A DNA stretch of 64,000 bases, taken from NCBI RefSeq assembly GCF_006345805.1, contig NC_043005.1, positions 102,362,001 to 102,426,000 on the forward strand. Reading direction: 5' to 3'. A program made the translations under genes and the position numbers. Positions 26,946 through 41,696 of this stretch are shown one piece after another. Below the pieces are notes generated by a model. The model was not told the origin of the DNA. It saw only the letters and a program-made list of their open reading frames with translations, and did not search any database. Origin of the DNA: Octopus sinensis (Eukaryota). Within the stretch, counting starts at the first letter, position 1. Each line of letters starts with the position of its first letter.

Positions 26946-27330
26946 TGTCAGCTCATATTAAGGGGTCCCTCTGATATTCACCGATTTGAATGTGTAGCTA
27001 TCTGTTTTTGTCGTTGGAGGTGTGCGAAATTTACATTGATTTTGTTTCTGATTATCTTTTTATTAAATAATAATGTTTCTGTTTATCTTCCTGCTGGAAT
27101 TTTTTAGGGGATTAATTGTTTTTAAAAATGTGGTGGTTGTCGGACAATTACAATTATCACCTGTGAGTACTGAACAAAAACTAAACAGAGGAAAATGGTT
27201 ATTTGTAACACTATATACAATATGGACGAGCATGCTTGTCTACTGGGTTGATCTTTGAACATTCTTTTGCTGTTTGTTGGATGAATGAAAATAGAAAATA
27301 TATTCGTTTATTTATTTCATAAGGTAATCT

Positions 27331-27544
27331 TATACTCTTTTCTTTTACTTGTTTCAGTCATTTGACTGCGGCCATGCTGGAGCACCGACTTTAGTTGAAC
27401 AAATTGACCCCCAGGACTTATTCTTTGTAAGCCTAGTTCTTATTCTATCGGACTCTTTTGTCGAACCGTTAAGTTACGGGTACGTAAAAACACCAGCATC
27501 GGTTGTCAAGCGATGCTGGGGGGACAAACACAGCAGACACACAA

Positions 27545-27579
<35 letters not shown>

Positions 27580-27751
27580 CATATATATGACGGGCTTCTT
27601 TCAGTTTCCGCCTACCAAATCCACTCACAAGGCTTTGGTCGGCCCGAGGCTATAGTAGTAGACACTTGCTCAAGGTGCCACGCAGTACGACTGGGCCCGG
27701 AACCATGTGGTTGGTCAGCAAGCTACTTGCCATACACCCACTCCTGCGCCT
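27331..27751 (-). mobile_element. SINE family B, full length
   Basis: Reverse complement matches the family B head (AGGCGCAGGAGTGG...), internal microsatellite and tail. Confidence 0.9.
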
Positions 27752-27869
27752 ATATATGAAAATATCTTCTATACTGGTTGCTGTAACATATAACTAGACA
27801 TAACAAACAACAACGACGTCGACAGTGACAACGATAACAACTGTGAAATAAAGTCGCTGGAAAATAAGG

Positions 27870-28930
27870 AGAATCCAAGAACAGAAAAGAGAACTGTAGG
27901 AAAAAATACTGGGAAGAGAAGAAATGACATGCTCAATTCATGCAACGAAGTGCAGATGAAGGTAGAAAGTAACGAACACTGTTTATAGAGAACAGAGAGA
28001 AAGTGAAAGTGAGAAACTGAATTGCTGACTATAGCCACTCGAGAAGAAGCGATTATACCAAACCTGATACAGACAAAAGTTAATAAAATCAGGGAAAGCG
28101 CCAATACAGAATCCATGGAACGAGAACATAAGTAATCATCATCATCATTGTTCGACCGTGGTCGAGAAAATGGAATTTACTATGCTACGCCAGACTTAAC
28201 CGTCCATCAGAGTATTACGGAGGTCCTGTTGCTGGATGCCTGTATCCCTGGAGATTACATCAGGGTAGGAGAGTGTGCGCCCTCTGGTATCGCGAGCAGA
28301 TGACTTCCAGAGGAGAAGAGTAGAAATTGCCTCGTTTTCAGCTCTACAACAATGTCCAGCAAACTGAACTCTTCTACCTTTCCCAAGAGATGATACAGGT
28401 GGCAATTTCCCATATATTTGTACTTTGGTTGGATGACGCTTCCACTAGAGATTTTGAGCTCTCATCAGGAGGCGAGTTTAAGTTCCATCTAACCGCCTCT
28501 CAAGCTTCTTTTATAACGTTCAAGTTTCTGAGCCATATAGTAGAATTGGTTCGACTGTGGCTTTGAAGATTTCAAGTTTGAAGTCTCTACTTAGATTTGA
28601 TGAAAAGATGTTATGCATATCATTACAGGCTGACCAGGCCATACCCTTTCTAGTTAGAAAATCTTTTCCAGATGAAGATATGTATGAGCCAAGATATTTG
28701 TAATCAGAAACCATGATTACATAAGTCTACATAAGTAATAACCATCTCCTAATGTAGAACAAAAAGAGTGTAAGAACATGCGTACTGTTACAGCAAAGGA
28801 GTGCACCGGAAAGTTAACGTGGAGTTGATTGGAAGTAAAAGAACAGTGGTATGAACACGATCCAGAGGCTGGGATAACAAAAAAGGAGTTTTCACTGTAA
28901 AGACCGAATAGAGAATTTTGAAGCAAGGAA
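27870..28930 (+). mobile_element. Old R4/Dong-like 3' fragment interrupted by an RTE insertion
   Basis: YWEEKK*HAQFMQR...ATREEAIIPNLIQTKV before the insertion; NHLLM...EQWYEHDPEA after it. Confidence 0.55.
28137..28728 (-). mobile_element. 5'-truncated RTE-clade LINE
   Basis: DYKYLGSYIS...KATVEPILLYGSET; (GAT)n tail at ~28137-28148; 11-bp TSD ACATAAGTAAT at 28126-28136 and 28729-28739. Confidence 0.88.
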
Positions 28931-29075
28931 ATCAGATAAGGTTGTCGGGGACACAAATGGAAAAGGAAACAATGTAAGAGCATAGAATTCGCAACACCAA
29001 TAAGATAAAGTAATGGGTATCAAAGTAAATGGAAAAATATCAGAATCTAGAGATATGATGGTATTGTGGATGCGT

Positions 29076-29309
29076 GAAGGTGGCGAGCTGGCAGAAACGT
29101 TAGCACGCCGGGCGAAATGCCTAGCGGTATTATGTCTGCCGCTACGTTCTGAGTTCAAATTCCGCCGAGGTCGATTTTGCCATTCATCCTTTCGGGGTCG
29201 ATAAATTAAGTACCAGTTACTCACTGGGGCCGATGTAATCGACTTAATCCCTTTGTCTGTCTTTGTTTGTCCCCTCTGTGTTTAGCCCCTTGTAGGTAGT
29301 AAAGAAATA
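29076..29309 (+). mobile_element. SINE family A monomer
   Basis: 16-bp TSD G(G/A)TATTGTGGATGCGT at 29060-29075 and 29310-29325. Confidence 0.9.
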
Positions 29310-29758
29310 GATATTGTGGATGCGTAAGTGACAGCTGCTCCCCTTGTACTTGGTATACCTGCACAACTGGTACTTAAGGACCTGAACGATAATGAGATTG
29401 CAATTCGTTGATTTTCCCCCAAAATATCCTTCAGATTTTAGCAGAACCAAACTTCAAGCCAGCAAAACTGCTGACTAAATTTGCATATAATGATGATGGT
29501 GATTATGGTGATGAATACGGCGGTGACATACCAACGAAATTACCACCACCTCGAAGGCAATAATTATGCTGATGATGATGTTAATTACATTGATGATGAA
29601 TATGAGGATGACGATGGCGATAATGGCGGCGGTGGCGATGATTACATCTATGAGGCGGTGGGGATGACTAATGTTATGATGATGATAACACAAAGTAAGA
29701 CGTACATTAAAAGGGATGAAAAGTAGTCGTAATAGAAGAAGAAGAAACTATGTTAGTC

Positions 29759-29798
<40 letters not shown>

Positions 29799-29986
29799 AT
29801 GTGAATCTGCTTTGCCTTCGGGGCTTCTTACAGTGAATTGCGTTTACATATAACAGTAGAATAATCTAATTTAGACGGAAATGGAGAGGGAAAACAAGAC
29901 GTCCCTATTGGGAATATATAAATATATGTTCTTGCAAATCACTTCATTCACACACAGTTACACACACTCACACACGCACACAGATG

Positions 29987-30061
<75 letters not shown>

Positions 30062-30247
30062 CATAGACACATACACACATCATTCATTCATACATGCATA
30101 CAGGCCAGTACCTTTTCTAGCCAGAACAGCGGGATCGGCAATAAAGAGTACACGAGAACCTGTATTGTCGTGCTGAAGGTTATTTCAAACAACTAAGAAA
30201 CAATATTATATATATATATATATATGTACATACATATGCATGTATGA

Positions 30248-30439
<192 letters not shown>

Positions 30440-30465
30440 CATACATACATACAAACATACATACA

Positions 30466-30497
<32 letters not shown>

Positions 30498-30528
30498 CGT
30501 ACGTATATGCATTTTTTATTTAAATACT

Positions 30529-30568
<40 letters not shown>

Positions 30569-31729
30569 AGGCTCACACTCACACATATAACATTATATGA
30601 ATAGCTCACAATGTATAAACGCCCACGTCACCACGGCTACCACTATCAGCCATAGTAATAACAGGAAGAGAGAACAGAGAAAACAAACAAAATGAGCAAT
30701 CAAACACATACAGTGAAGTAAAGAATATCAACAACCAAGTTCGTATTAAAAGAGAATGAACGAAAGAAAAAAAAAACAACGGGAAAAAAACGGTAAAAAA
30801 GACGTGATTTGGAAACAAACATGGACGTTCACACATTATGGCTTCCATGCAAAAATACATTTCCAATCACGACAAAACAAAGTAAAGAAGAAGGAAAATT
30901 TTATAAAAAAAATGCATACGGTAAAAAAGTACAAAAGGAAAAAATACAAAGAAGGACACTAAAAGAGAAAGACATTGAATGAACAATATACATAGAATCT
31001 ACTTCGAATGAACAAGAGATGCAGTGTGTTATGGGGACTATGTGTTCCCTAAAGGTGACCAAGCTACAAGATGAAACATGTTAATTTCAGATTGAAGTAT
31101 CGTCGCTGCTCATAATAGGAATTGTTTAAAAATAAGTACATGTTACTGATTTCGTAGTAAATAACCTGTATCAATAACACAATCCAGTCGAGGAGAAGAG
31201 GGTATAAAGATGTGCACAGAGCATGCATACATACATATATACATACATGCATACATGTGTATATGTGTAAGTATATATATATATATATGCACAGATATAC
31301 GTATATTTGTGTGTACATACCAAGTATATGGGTGGGAGTTGGTGTTTATTAGGAAATGATGTGAAGTACGATGCGAATTATATGATGAGACGAAGGAATG
31401 TGTGTTTAATGTTCGCCATCTTGGCGTAAGAAAGGTTTATATTGGTTTTTTCTTACGATATGTTACTGAGGTGTTAATATAATTACACAAATAGGCAAAA
31501 GAAAAAGGGAGGAAAACCGAGACAGAGCTAGTGATAGGGGAGTCAGTATTGGGGGTTGAGCGAGTGTGGAATGGCCGAAGAAGTTCTGAAGATGAGGTGT
31601 GTGGGAGCACAGACAATGTTGTTCGAATGCAAATATTGCTGACGTCTGATCAATGCTGATAATCAGAGATATTGGCGACGACGACGATGTTGATGATGCT
31701 GATGATCTTAATGAAGATGCTGCTGCTGG

Positions 31730-31779
<50 letters not shown>

Positions 31780-31802
31780 ATAATAATAATAATAATATAA
31801 TA

Positions 31803-31905
<103 letters not shown>

Positions 31906-32483
31906 TCAATATTAATAATAATAATTTTATACTATAGGCTCAAGTCCTGAAATTTTGGGGGAGGGATCTAGTCGATTACATCAATTCCAGTACACCACTG
32001 GTAATTAATTGCCCTCGAAAGATTGAAAGGCAAAGTTGACCACGGTGGAATTTGAATATTGAAAGGAAAGACGGATGAATTTCCGCGAAGAATTTTCCCC
32101 TGCATGCTAACTATTCAGCCAGCTTGCCGCCTGACAAGGACTGCTACTTCTACTACTACTACTACTACTACTGGTTTCAAATTTTTCCACAAGGCCAGGA
32201 AGTTCGTGGAAGGGGGTATGTCTATTACAACGGTCCCAGCGTTCAACAGGTGCTTATTTCATCGAACTCGAAAGGATGAAAGGTAGAGTCGACCTCTGCG
32301 GAAGTTGATCTTGGATCGTAAAGACGGGCGAAATGCCGCTCAGCATTTTGTCCAGCGTGCTTACTATTCTGCCAAGTTGCTGGGAGAAAAAAGAAACGGA
32401 TGGTTTATAACATGACTACAGGGACAACATTTTTTAAACATCTGAAACAAAACGAAGCAATTAATATAACCATTGTTGATACT

Positions 32484-32850
32484 AGGCACAGGAGTGGCTG
32501 TGTGGTAAGTAGCTTGCATACCAACCACATGGTTCCGGGTTCAGTCCCACTGCGTGGCAACTTGGGCAAGTGTCTTCTACTATAGCCTCGGGCCGACCAA
32601 AGCCTTGTGAGTGGATTTGGTAGACGGAAACGGAAAGAAGCCCGCCGTATATATGTATATATGTGTGTATGTGTATGTTTGTGTGTCTGTGTTTGTCCCA
32701 ACATCGCTTGACAACCGATGCTGGTGTGTTTTTACGTACCCGTAACTTAGCGGTTCGACAAAAGATGGATGGAATAAGTACTAGGTTTACAAAGAATAAG
32801 CCCTGGGGTCGATTTGCTCGACTAAAGTGACCGAAACAAGTAAAAGAGTA
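32484..32850 (+). mobile_element. SINE family B
   Basis: Head GGAGTGGCTGTGTGGTAAGTAGC...GGTTCAGTCCC, internal TA/TG tract and tail GAAACAAGTAAAAGAGTA. Confidence 0.9.
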
Positions 32851-34127
32851 TATATTGAGAAGACAAGCACTTGTACTCGATATTTATTTGAAGCAACAGA
32901 GCAAACAAACATTCTTCTATCGTGTAACCTCTGTATTATTCACTGATTATGTCACACCTTAGCTTCTTGCCCGAAGCATTGTGTGAAAAACCTATCTGTT
33001 TGAGGTGCAAAGAAACGAGGGGATTACGTAATATTGTATGTTATTTAGCTTACGTGGAAGATTTTACATAGTATTCAACACTGCTCGAAAATAGAAGATA
33101 ATTATCGCTTAAATTAAACCGTGTCGTCTTAAAAGAAAGTACATTGGATATGGTATCTTTAGTTTTCTCGCCCTTTGGAAAGGGCGCCTGTTTCCATATT
33201 AAGAAGCCAAACTATTACCAAGCTGATTTATTCATGCATTGATTCCATTGGGCCTGACATGAAAGTGCTCCCGTTTCACTCCATATTGAAATATTTTTGA
33301 TTGAGTATTGAAATAACTTGATAATGTTTTGTCAAATAGTTTATTCGCTGATATTGAAATGAACTAAAAACATGTATTGTGATAGAGTTATGTTAATCAT
33401 TAATTATACAAGAATATTGCTAAATGTAAGGTGCAACAGTTGGTTAAGTGAAAGCGTACAGACCCGCTTCCAAAGTACTAAAACGGCACACATGTTGTGA
33501 GGCAAGAATACAAAAGAAGAACGTCTGTTACTCTGCTTGTGTTGGTCGATATCAAGTGAACTTCATATAGACTTGTTTAATGCACCAATCTTCTTGTGAT
33601 CAAATAATTTTGCAATTCAAAATTAAATTCTTAATGACCCAAGTTTGCGCTCGCATATTTCCATGCTATTTATAATTCCTCTTATTTAAAGATACCGATA
33701 CCAACCTCCCACTTTCACAAAATTTACATATATTGGTTCGTAGTAACTATTGAAATAATCTTAATACGTTTTCTGTCAGTAATTTGTAGAAAACATCAAA
33801 TGAATGAAACATATGGTAAACAAGACATTACTAGAATAATTGAATTGTTTGGAATTTAAAACATCATGAAGTTCAGAAATAAAATGGTTCATAAAGTTCA
33901 GACCAAATATTAATAGTTACACTATATACGCATCTAATATGTTAGTGTTGGCAGACATAGTCTTGTGGCATGTTACATATTTACGTATAATTTACATAAT
34001 TAGTCGCATAGAAAATCATATTTATATTGTGTGTAGACAAAATTAACTGACAAAGCAATATACTTTTATAATTTTACTTCAGTTCATTAGCATGATGGCA
34101 AGAATTTTGTTGTTGCTGTTGCTATTA

Positions 34128-34163
<36 letters not shown>

Positions 34164-34387
34164 TATATTATTATTATTATTATTATTATTATCATTAACT
34201 TTAAAACACACAACGTTATATATTACAGAGTCAATGAAGTGAAGATAACGAACAGAAACTTCTTTTAGAATAACTGATGTGGGTGGTTTTTTGGCTAAAT
34301 TTTTACGACTCTGCAATTTTTCTAAGAGTAAAAACATGTTTTCACATCTAATCTCTTGTTCCTGATATTAGCGAATCACAACTACTA

Positions 34388-34560
34388 TCTATTATATAAA
34401 ATCCGTTCTGTCTGTCTGTGTGTGTCTTCTAGGATCTCGGGCATCCTCCATCCGATTGCGCTCAAATTTGATACGTAGATACCGACAGTACCAGGGCGTG
34501 TATAAGTCTGGAAAAAATTACAAAATCGATTCCCGGTGAGAATGCGATCGATAAAGCCGT
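34388..34560 (+). mobile_element. Helitron-like 5' fragment
   Basis: A|TCTATTATATAAAA...(GTCT)n...CCGATTGCGCTCAAATTTG, the same 5' architecture as the 13289 element; no 3' end found. Confidence 0.45.
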
Positions 34561-35127
34561 TTTTGTCCTGCTTTTCTTCCGTCGGCCTGTACATAACCGC
34601 ACCTTCTATTTTTGTTGTTTTTGTACTGCTTAAAGGCAAGTTTCTTTCCTGCCAAGCTTACTGTTTAAACCATGTTTGTGTTCTCTCAGTCAACAGCCTT
34701 ATCATTACTGGTACTTTAAACTATTCGGTTGCATATTTGTGTGAATAAAATCGTTTTTCTTTGGAATACAAAAAATCTGTCTTTAATTCTTCTTTTGCTG
34801 GTGTCTCAAATTTAGGCTAAATCAGTGTTTCTCAAAGGAGAGGCCTATGTGACGGTCGGACAAGTTGTTTTGAGAAAATTTGGTTTAAATGTTTGACAAC
34901 TCAGCACCGTCCATTGGACGGGCGGGGGATTTTTGCTCGTATTTGAATAGCCAACTGAAGTATAGAATATAGCCTGCTATTGGTTTTGTTTCGATTCTGG
35001 TCAAAGCCTCATCATGCTTACCATACACACCACTAATACCAGTACCACCAGCAATACTGCTACTATTACTACTACTACTACTACTACTACTACTACAACA
35101 ACAACAACTACTACTACTCTACTACTA

Positions 35128-35171
<44 letters not shown>

Positions 35172-35922
35172 ACTACTACTACTACTATTACAATACGACC
35201 AAGACCAATTCGTTGCACACTTTCACACTTCTTTCAACCAATCTTGAAAAGTATCCAGTACGCTGCCCTACTTTCTCTGACTAAATAAGAAAAATAAACA
35301 AATAGAAACAAAACTATGAAAAAAGGTGATTCATCAAAGGCCACCCAGTTTTGTTAGGGAAACAAAATATTTGTAGGACTACGTAAACTAATGTTTCCTC
35401 CTTTCCCAGAATAACAGAATGTATATGAGGGGATAATTTGGCTGTAATTTCTTGCAGATCAAGCAGAGGAGAATTTATTGGAAGATGTGGATGTCTTGTA
35501 AAAGGTGACGTAAGCAGTAAGAATGGGATACTGGAGAATTTAATCATAAATGTATTATTAATTTATAGCGTCTTTTTAATTGTTGTAACGTTAAGCGAGG
35601 AAATTTAGGAGAGAATTTAACATTACAATAAAACGAATCAAGTGTAATATGTAGAAAGTTAATGCAATAATATGTCAAAACCATGTTACTTAAGAAAGAT
35701 TAATGGCTTCTGATATAGAAGTAGAATGTTCTGGAGATGGAAGCACCATTGTTTTAAATTGTATTTACTAGAACCTTTGGCAATTAGTTCTAACATATTA
35801 GTATTCTAAGACTGAGGTATCTACTGTTGGAGCCACAGCGGCTGCTACTTATACTACTGCCACTACCACCACCACCACTACCACCACCGCCGCCGCCGCT
35901 GCTGCTGCTGCTACTATAACTT

Positions 35923-35964
<42 letters not shown>

Positions 35965-36408
35965 ACCAGTAAAGTGTAGCCCCTCTGAGATGCTGCTGTC
36001 ACAGCTACTGCTAACCAATAAATAAGCCTCACTGTGGTAGATCGATTCCCTAAAAAGAGCAGTCAAGTCTCCTACAAATCACCTTCTTAAGGTACCAAGG
36101 GTTTATTACATAATATAGTCATGAAAACCTCTAAAGAGACAGTGTGGTCATGATTGGAAAACCTTTGATCGTAGGATTATTTAAAAAGAGTTGAATCTGC
36201 AGCTGAAGTAATAACAACAGCTACAATAATCACAATATTAATGGATGATATTAATTATTATTTATATTATTAAAAGATGAATCGTTAGCATGCTGGGCAA
36301 GAATGCTTATATATATATACGTAAATATATAGGATATCGAATATTTTTAGAAATTTCCCCACCAGTGGCCTAGCATGTATAAAAAAGTCAATAGACAACA
36401 TAATCTCA

Positions 36409-36629
36409 ATATAAAATATTGTACATTTAAACACAAGAGAAAACTACCTTTAACAGGTAATTTTTACACGCTAGAAGAAGCAGTCAAAACTACCAAAACT
36501 ACATTTAAGAGCAATTTCGAAACTTGCTCTTAAATGTGATTTTGGTCGTTTTGACTGCTTCTTCTAGCGTGTAAAAATTACATGTTAAAGATAGTATTCT
36601 CTTGTGTTTAAATGTACACTATTTTATAT
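36409..36629. repeat. 221-bp fold-back palindrome
   Basis: 106-bp arms (36409-36514 and 36524-36629) with 7 mismatches and a 9-nt centre TTTCGAAAC; abuts (TA)n. Confidence 0.92.
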
Positions 36630-37805
36630 ATATATATATATGTTTTTTAGAGAAGAAGGGTAACCGTTCGGTATAAAAGGAAGAAACGAACTTTCGAATG
36701 TTTTTCTGCTTTACAAATCAGCGAGCGCATATAGTGAGATACCTTCAAACCAGAAATGGAGTTGTGTTCTTGTAAAAGCGTGGCCCCGCTAAAAGACACC
36801 AACGGTTAAATAGTGGCCTTGGAATGGTTCCCTCAGAACTCGTACCAGTATGTTGATAGGCGGTGGCATAGTTTACATTACTACGGAAGTAGACTTTTGC
36901 TGACGGTGCAGCAGAGTAGGTTCGAACTCTACATAACATGATTTGGAAGTAAAGATTAATTCTTATTCAAAGGTTGAATACACTGAGTTAAAAGGCTGGC
37001 GGAGGAAACAGTGGGGTGAGGCGCAACGTTGTTAGTTTTCCTAATAGAGTTACTGGCATACATAAAGAGAAAGGTTTCACGCCAGGAATAGAAAACGCAA
37101 CCCTGCTTCAGATTGCCACGAATTCCATTTCTTGCTGTTAAAGAATACAACAAAAGAAATCGAACTGCAATGAAAAGAAAAAAAACGAATAAAACAAACC
37201 ATCAGGAGCATTGAAAATAACAAAGCAGGGCAAATAATGAAATGAGAAGCATTAAGTGAGATTTCACCTATTCATCAAGCCTCTTTAAGCCATATCTTAA
37301 CAGATGCTGACCGAATACATAATTTCTAATAAAAGACGAGACTACTTTCGAATAATGAAATCATATTGAACAGTATTATATGGAAGTCAAACGTTCTATT
37401 ATTTGGTAGAGAGCTGAAAAATGTGACTTTATGTCAAGAATTTACCGAAATGGCACGTTCTGAAAGAAACCAATATAAAGAACATTGGTAATTCAGCTAT
37501 TGATGTTCCCTTTCTATTAAAGCTGATCGATATTTCCCGCCAAAAGTTCATAAGTACTGTAATGGCTATGAGGTGAGAGTTAGTACATATTATATATCAA
37601 AAGGAGTCCATTAAGCATATGACTGGCGTAAAGGAGGGGGGGCAAGGTAGAACTGTGGTTGATTCAATGTGAGTACATACGGATTGATGAATGCACATAA
37701 AAACGTACATACTCAAAGGAAGATTGCACAGTCACGCAAACACCTGTCGGTATAACACACATGTGCAGACACACATAAGCACATATACATTTAACAATAA
37801 GTGTG

Positions 37806-37841
<36 letters not shown>

Positions 37842-38168
37842 AGTGTGTTGTGTGTGTGTGTACAAGTAAATGTCGTGAGTGTATATATATATTATATATA
37901 TATATTCGCATATATATGTGTACATAAAAACTTTTCAGGCTCATGCATATATATATATATATATATGGGGAAAGAGAGATGGGAAGAGAAAGAAATACAT
38001 GAAGACACATATCTGTGTTTGCCTATCTAATAAATTATTTTATTTAATTTCATCTCTCTTTCTCTCTCTCTGTATTTCTCTCCCACTGCGTCTGTATGTA
38101 CGTACGCGCGTGTTTGTGTACGTGTGAGTGTATGTATGTATCTGTTTTCGAATATATATATATGTGTA

Positions 38169-38210
<42 letters not shown>

Positions 38211-38863
38211 ATGAGAGAGAGCACCTCCTCTATCTCTTCTCTTTTTCTCTTTTTGTGCATGCATATATCTAAGTATATCTCTATGTATGTGTGTTTATCT
38301 GTGTGTTTTCTTTCTTTGTGTGTGTGTGCATACTTCATGCTTTGTTCATGGATCGTGGAGAGATGTTAGAAGAATTGTCACACACAAGTGTCTTTTTATC
38401 GTTTGTGTTGCACCACACCTTTTCTTTCGTCCACAGCTGGAAAATTTAGTCGCCATATTTGAAACCTAGTTCACTGGAATCTTTGTTTCTTCAGGTTCAT
38501 TTCTCTGCTCATGATTTGAAACAATATTTTTTGCTTTGCATTTTCTTTGCATGTGTGTCGAAAGAGATCTGTTTTATGTTTGAAACATCATTTCGTTATC
38601 AATAAACCTTTATACGCCTGCACCTTGTGTTTCGCTTCTCCGCTCTTGTATAATCCCCATGCATCTGCAGAAAATTTTATCTTTTTGTTACTTTGTTATC
38701 GTTCTCACTTTTACTCCCGAATCTGAAAACATTGAAGAATATGACACCGTTCTTTCTAACAACAATGTTAATTCTGGGACCGACAAGATTCTATTAACAC
38801 TAGTAACACTTCTAAATATTTGGAAATAAATATATAACGGGAATATCACGTGTTTTTGATGTT

Positions 38864-39382
38864 CTAGCTTTCATTTGCTTCAGTCATCAGACTGCGGCCA
38901 TGCTGGTGCACCGCCTTGAATATTTATAGTCGAATTAATCGCCCCTTGTACTTATTTTCTTTTTAAGCTTGGTACTTATTCTATAGGTGATGTAAACATA
39001 CCAACACCGGTTGTCAAGCGACAGTGGGAAACGAGCACAAACATAAAGACACACTTCCATCCATGCGCCGATCGATCGATCGATCCATCCATCCATCCAT
39101 ACATACATACATACATACTTACATACATACATACATAAATACATACATACATGCATACATACATACATACATACATGCATGCATACACACACACATGCAC
39201 GCATGCACACACACACATGCACACATACATCAACGGTTTTCTTTCAGTTGCCTTGTGCGAAATCCACTCACAAGATTTGGTTGGCCTGTGGATATAGTAG
39301 GAGACACCTGCCCAAGTTGCTACGCAGTGGGACTTAAACCGGAACCATATTGTTGGGAAGCTAGCATTTTACCACACAGCTA
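38864..39382 (-). mobile_element. SINE family B (diverged, expanded internal microsatellite)
   Basis: Family B tail and head in reverse complement flanking (GATC)/(CATC)/(CATA)n tracts. Confidence 0.75.
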
Positions 39383-39858
39383 CAAAACATGTATAGGTGT
39401 GAATAATTAGAATATGTACAATTAAAAGATGAAACTGAAATTTATTAATTAGAAGTCTGTGGTTATGTTATATATCCAGCTAAACTAATTTATTGTAGGC
39501 TCCTGTGTTGTAATCATTTTTAGAACGTGGGTGATATTTTAAAGGAGATACAGACAAGGGTGCATATATACTAATAAGTGTGAACATGTACCTATGAATG
39601 TTTGTTTCTTTTTCAATATGTTTCTCTGTCTGTCTGTCTCTTCTTCTCCCCCTCCTCTTGATATATATGTACACATACAGATGTGTACTATACATTTTAT
39701 TTTGGTCAAGTTAGTACACTGCTGGTGTGTATTTCGTCTGGATCTTGTCTTCAGTTACGAATGAAGACTTTACGCTTCCACTGGCGAATCTCAGCGTAGC
39801 AAGAGACTTACTCGATGGAAATAACGTATACTAAAATAAGGAATATCTATCTATCTAC

Positions 39859-40002
<144 letters not shown>

Positions 40003-40298
40003 GTCTGTGTGTGTATGTGTGTGTATGTTTGTGTTTGTCCCCCACCATCGCTTGACAACCGATGTTGGTGTATTTATGTCCATGTAACTTAGCCGCTCGA
40101 CATAAGAGACTGATAGAATTAGAACTAGAATAGAAAGAATAAGTTCTGGGGTCAATTTATTCGACTAAATGCGTTGCTCTAGCACGGTCGCTGTTGAATG
40201 ACTGAAACACATAAAAGAAAAGAAAGAATGAAATAATATATATATATATGGCGGTGCCCCAGCATGGCCACAGCTCGTGAGCTGAAACTAGATAAAAT

Positions 40299-40337
<39 letters not shown>

Positions 40338-40850
40338 CATATAACAGGTATGGTAAATTATTTGTAAGACGTTAGAGAAATGTTTATTCCATCGGACTGT
40401 TTCCATGATTCAGTCTCTAATTCAAAATTGGCGAGAACCATAATGTACCGAATCTAACACAGAACGATTTTCCTCAAAATTCATGACAAACTCTTACAAA
40501 AAGACGAATAAGATGAGAAATTTATCTGACAGATTCATCAGGTGCAAAGCACGAGCTAAAACCTGAGTAACATATTGTTAATCAATTAATAAATCATCTT
40601 CATACTTTTACAAGAGATAAAAAGCAAATAAACGAGAACATGTCTCACTTAATTACATCCAGTACTTAATACAAATGATGTATATTGCTAGCTTTTGTTT
40701 TTCCATATTTATCTTATGGCTACTATTTCTCTCAAAGAAAGATTATGTATGTGTGTGTGTGTGCGTGTGTGTGTATACGTATGTATGTATGTACGCTCTT
40801 TTCTTAATGTACGTATCTATAAATGTATGTATACATACTCTTGTTTATTC

Positions 40851-41131
40851 TTTTACTCTTTTACTTGTTTCAGTCATTTGGCTGCGGCCATGATGGAGCA
40901 CCGCCTTTTGTCGAGCAAATCGAATCCAGGACTCTTTCTTTGTAAGCCTAGTAGTTATTCTAACGGTCTCTTTCGCCGAACCGCCAGATTACGGGGTCGT
41001 AAACACACCACCATCAGTTGTCAAGCGATGTGGCGCGGGGGGGGGACAAACACAGACACAAAAACATATACACAGACATATATATATATATATATATGTA
41101 TACATATATACGAACGGCTTCCTTCAGTTTC
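40851..41131 (-). mobile_element. SINE family B lacking its head
   Basis: Tail and middle match family B; homology stops at CTTCAGTTTC, where the GIY-YIG fragment begins. Confidence 0.8.
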
Positions 41132-41400
41132 AAATGCCCAAATTATGAAGAACTATATGTTGGTCAGACTGAAAATGCACTATCAGAACGTTCACGTGTC
41201 CACCGACAGAAAATCAGAGACCCAGATGTCCGTCAGATACCTTTGAGTAACCATCTAGTAACATGCCGTCGGAAACTATGTATAATATTTCCATTCTTCA
41301 AACTACACAGTCAAAATGCAATCGGAAGAAAAATCAGAGAAAATATCTTTATCAATAAATTCCATCCCAAGCTAAATAAACAATAATACTAACACACAGA
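41132..41400 (+). mobile_element. Penelope-like element GIY-YIG endonuclease C-terminal fragment
   Basis: KCPNYEELYVGQTENALSERSRVHRQ...RENIFINKFHPKLN*: the YVGQT, RxxxH and ExxFIxxFxPxLN motifs of PLE GIY-YIG domains. Confidence 0.85.
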
Positions 41401-41651
41401 GGTACTATTTCTACTCCTACGACCACTACCATTAGCAACAACAATACTAACGGTGCGCATTATAATGATAGGCGGCAAGCTGGCAGAAACGTTAGCACGC
41501 CGGGCAATATGCGTAGCCGTATTTCAGAATGAACATTTAATATTCTATCATTTCATTAAATTATATTATAAGATTCTAAATAAAATGCGAAAATCAAAGT
41601 TGGAATTTCGTTGAGTAATATATTCTTCTATGAACAATCATACACACCCAA

Positions 41652-41696
<45 letters not shown>

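Noticed and set aside
33054-33127. Minus-strand exon candidate phase-compatible with 25561-25633
   Set aside because: The acceptor overlaps what appears to be a decayed repeat tail, and the joined peptide resembles nothing I recognise.
40380-40560. Hammerhead-like fragments on the minus strand (CTGATGA-ATCTG/CAGAT; GAAACAGTC); similar partial motifs at ~6865 and ~46630
   Set aside because: Core elements are incomplete or lack a pairing stem I/III; at most decayed PLE remnants.
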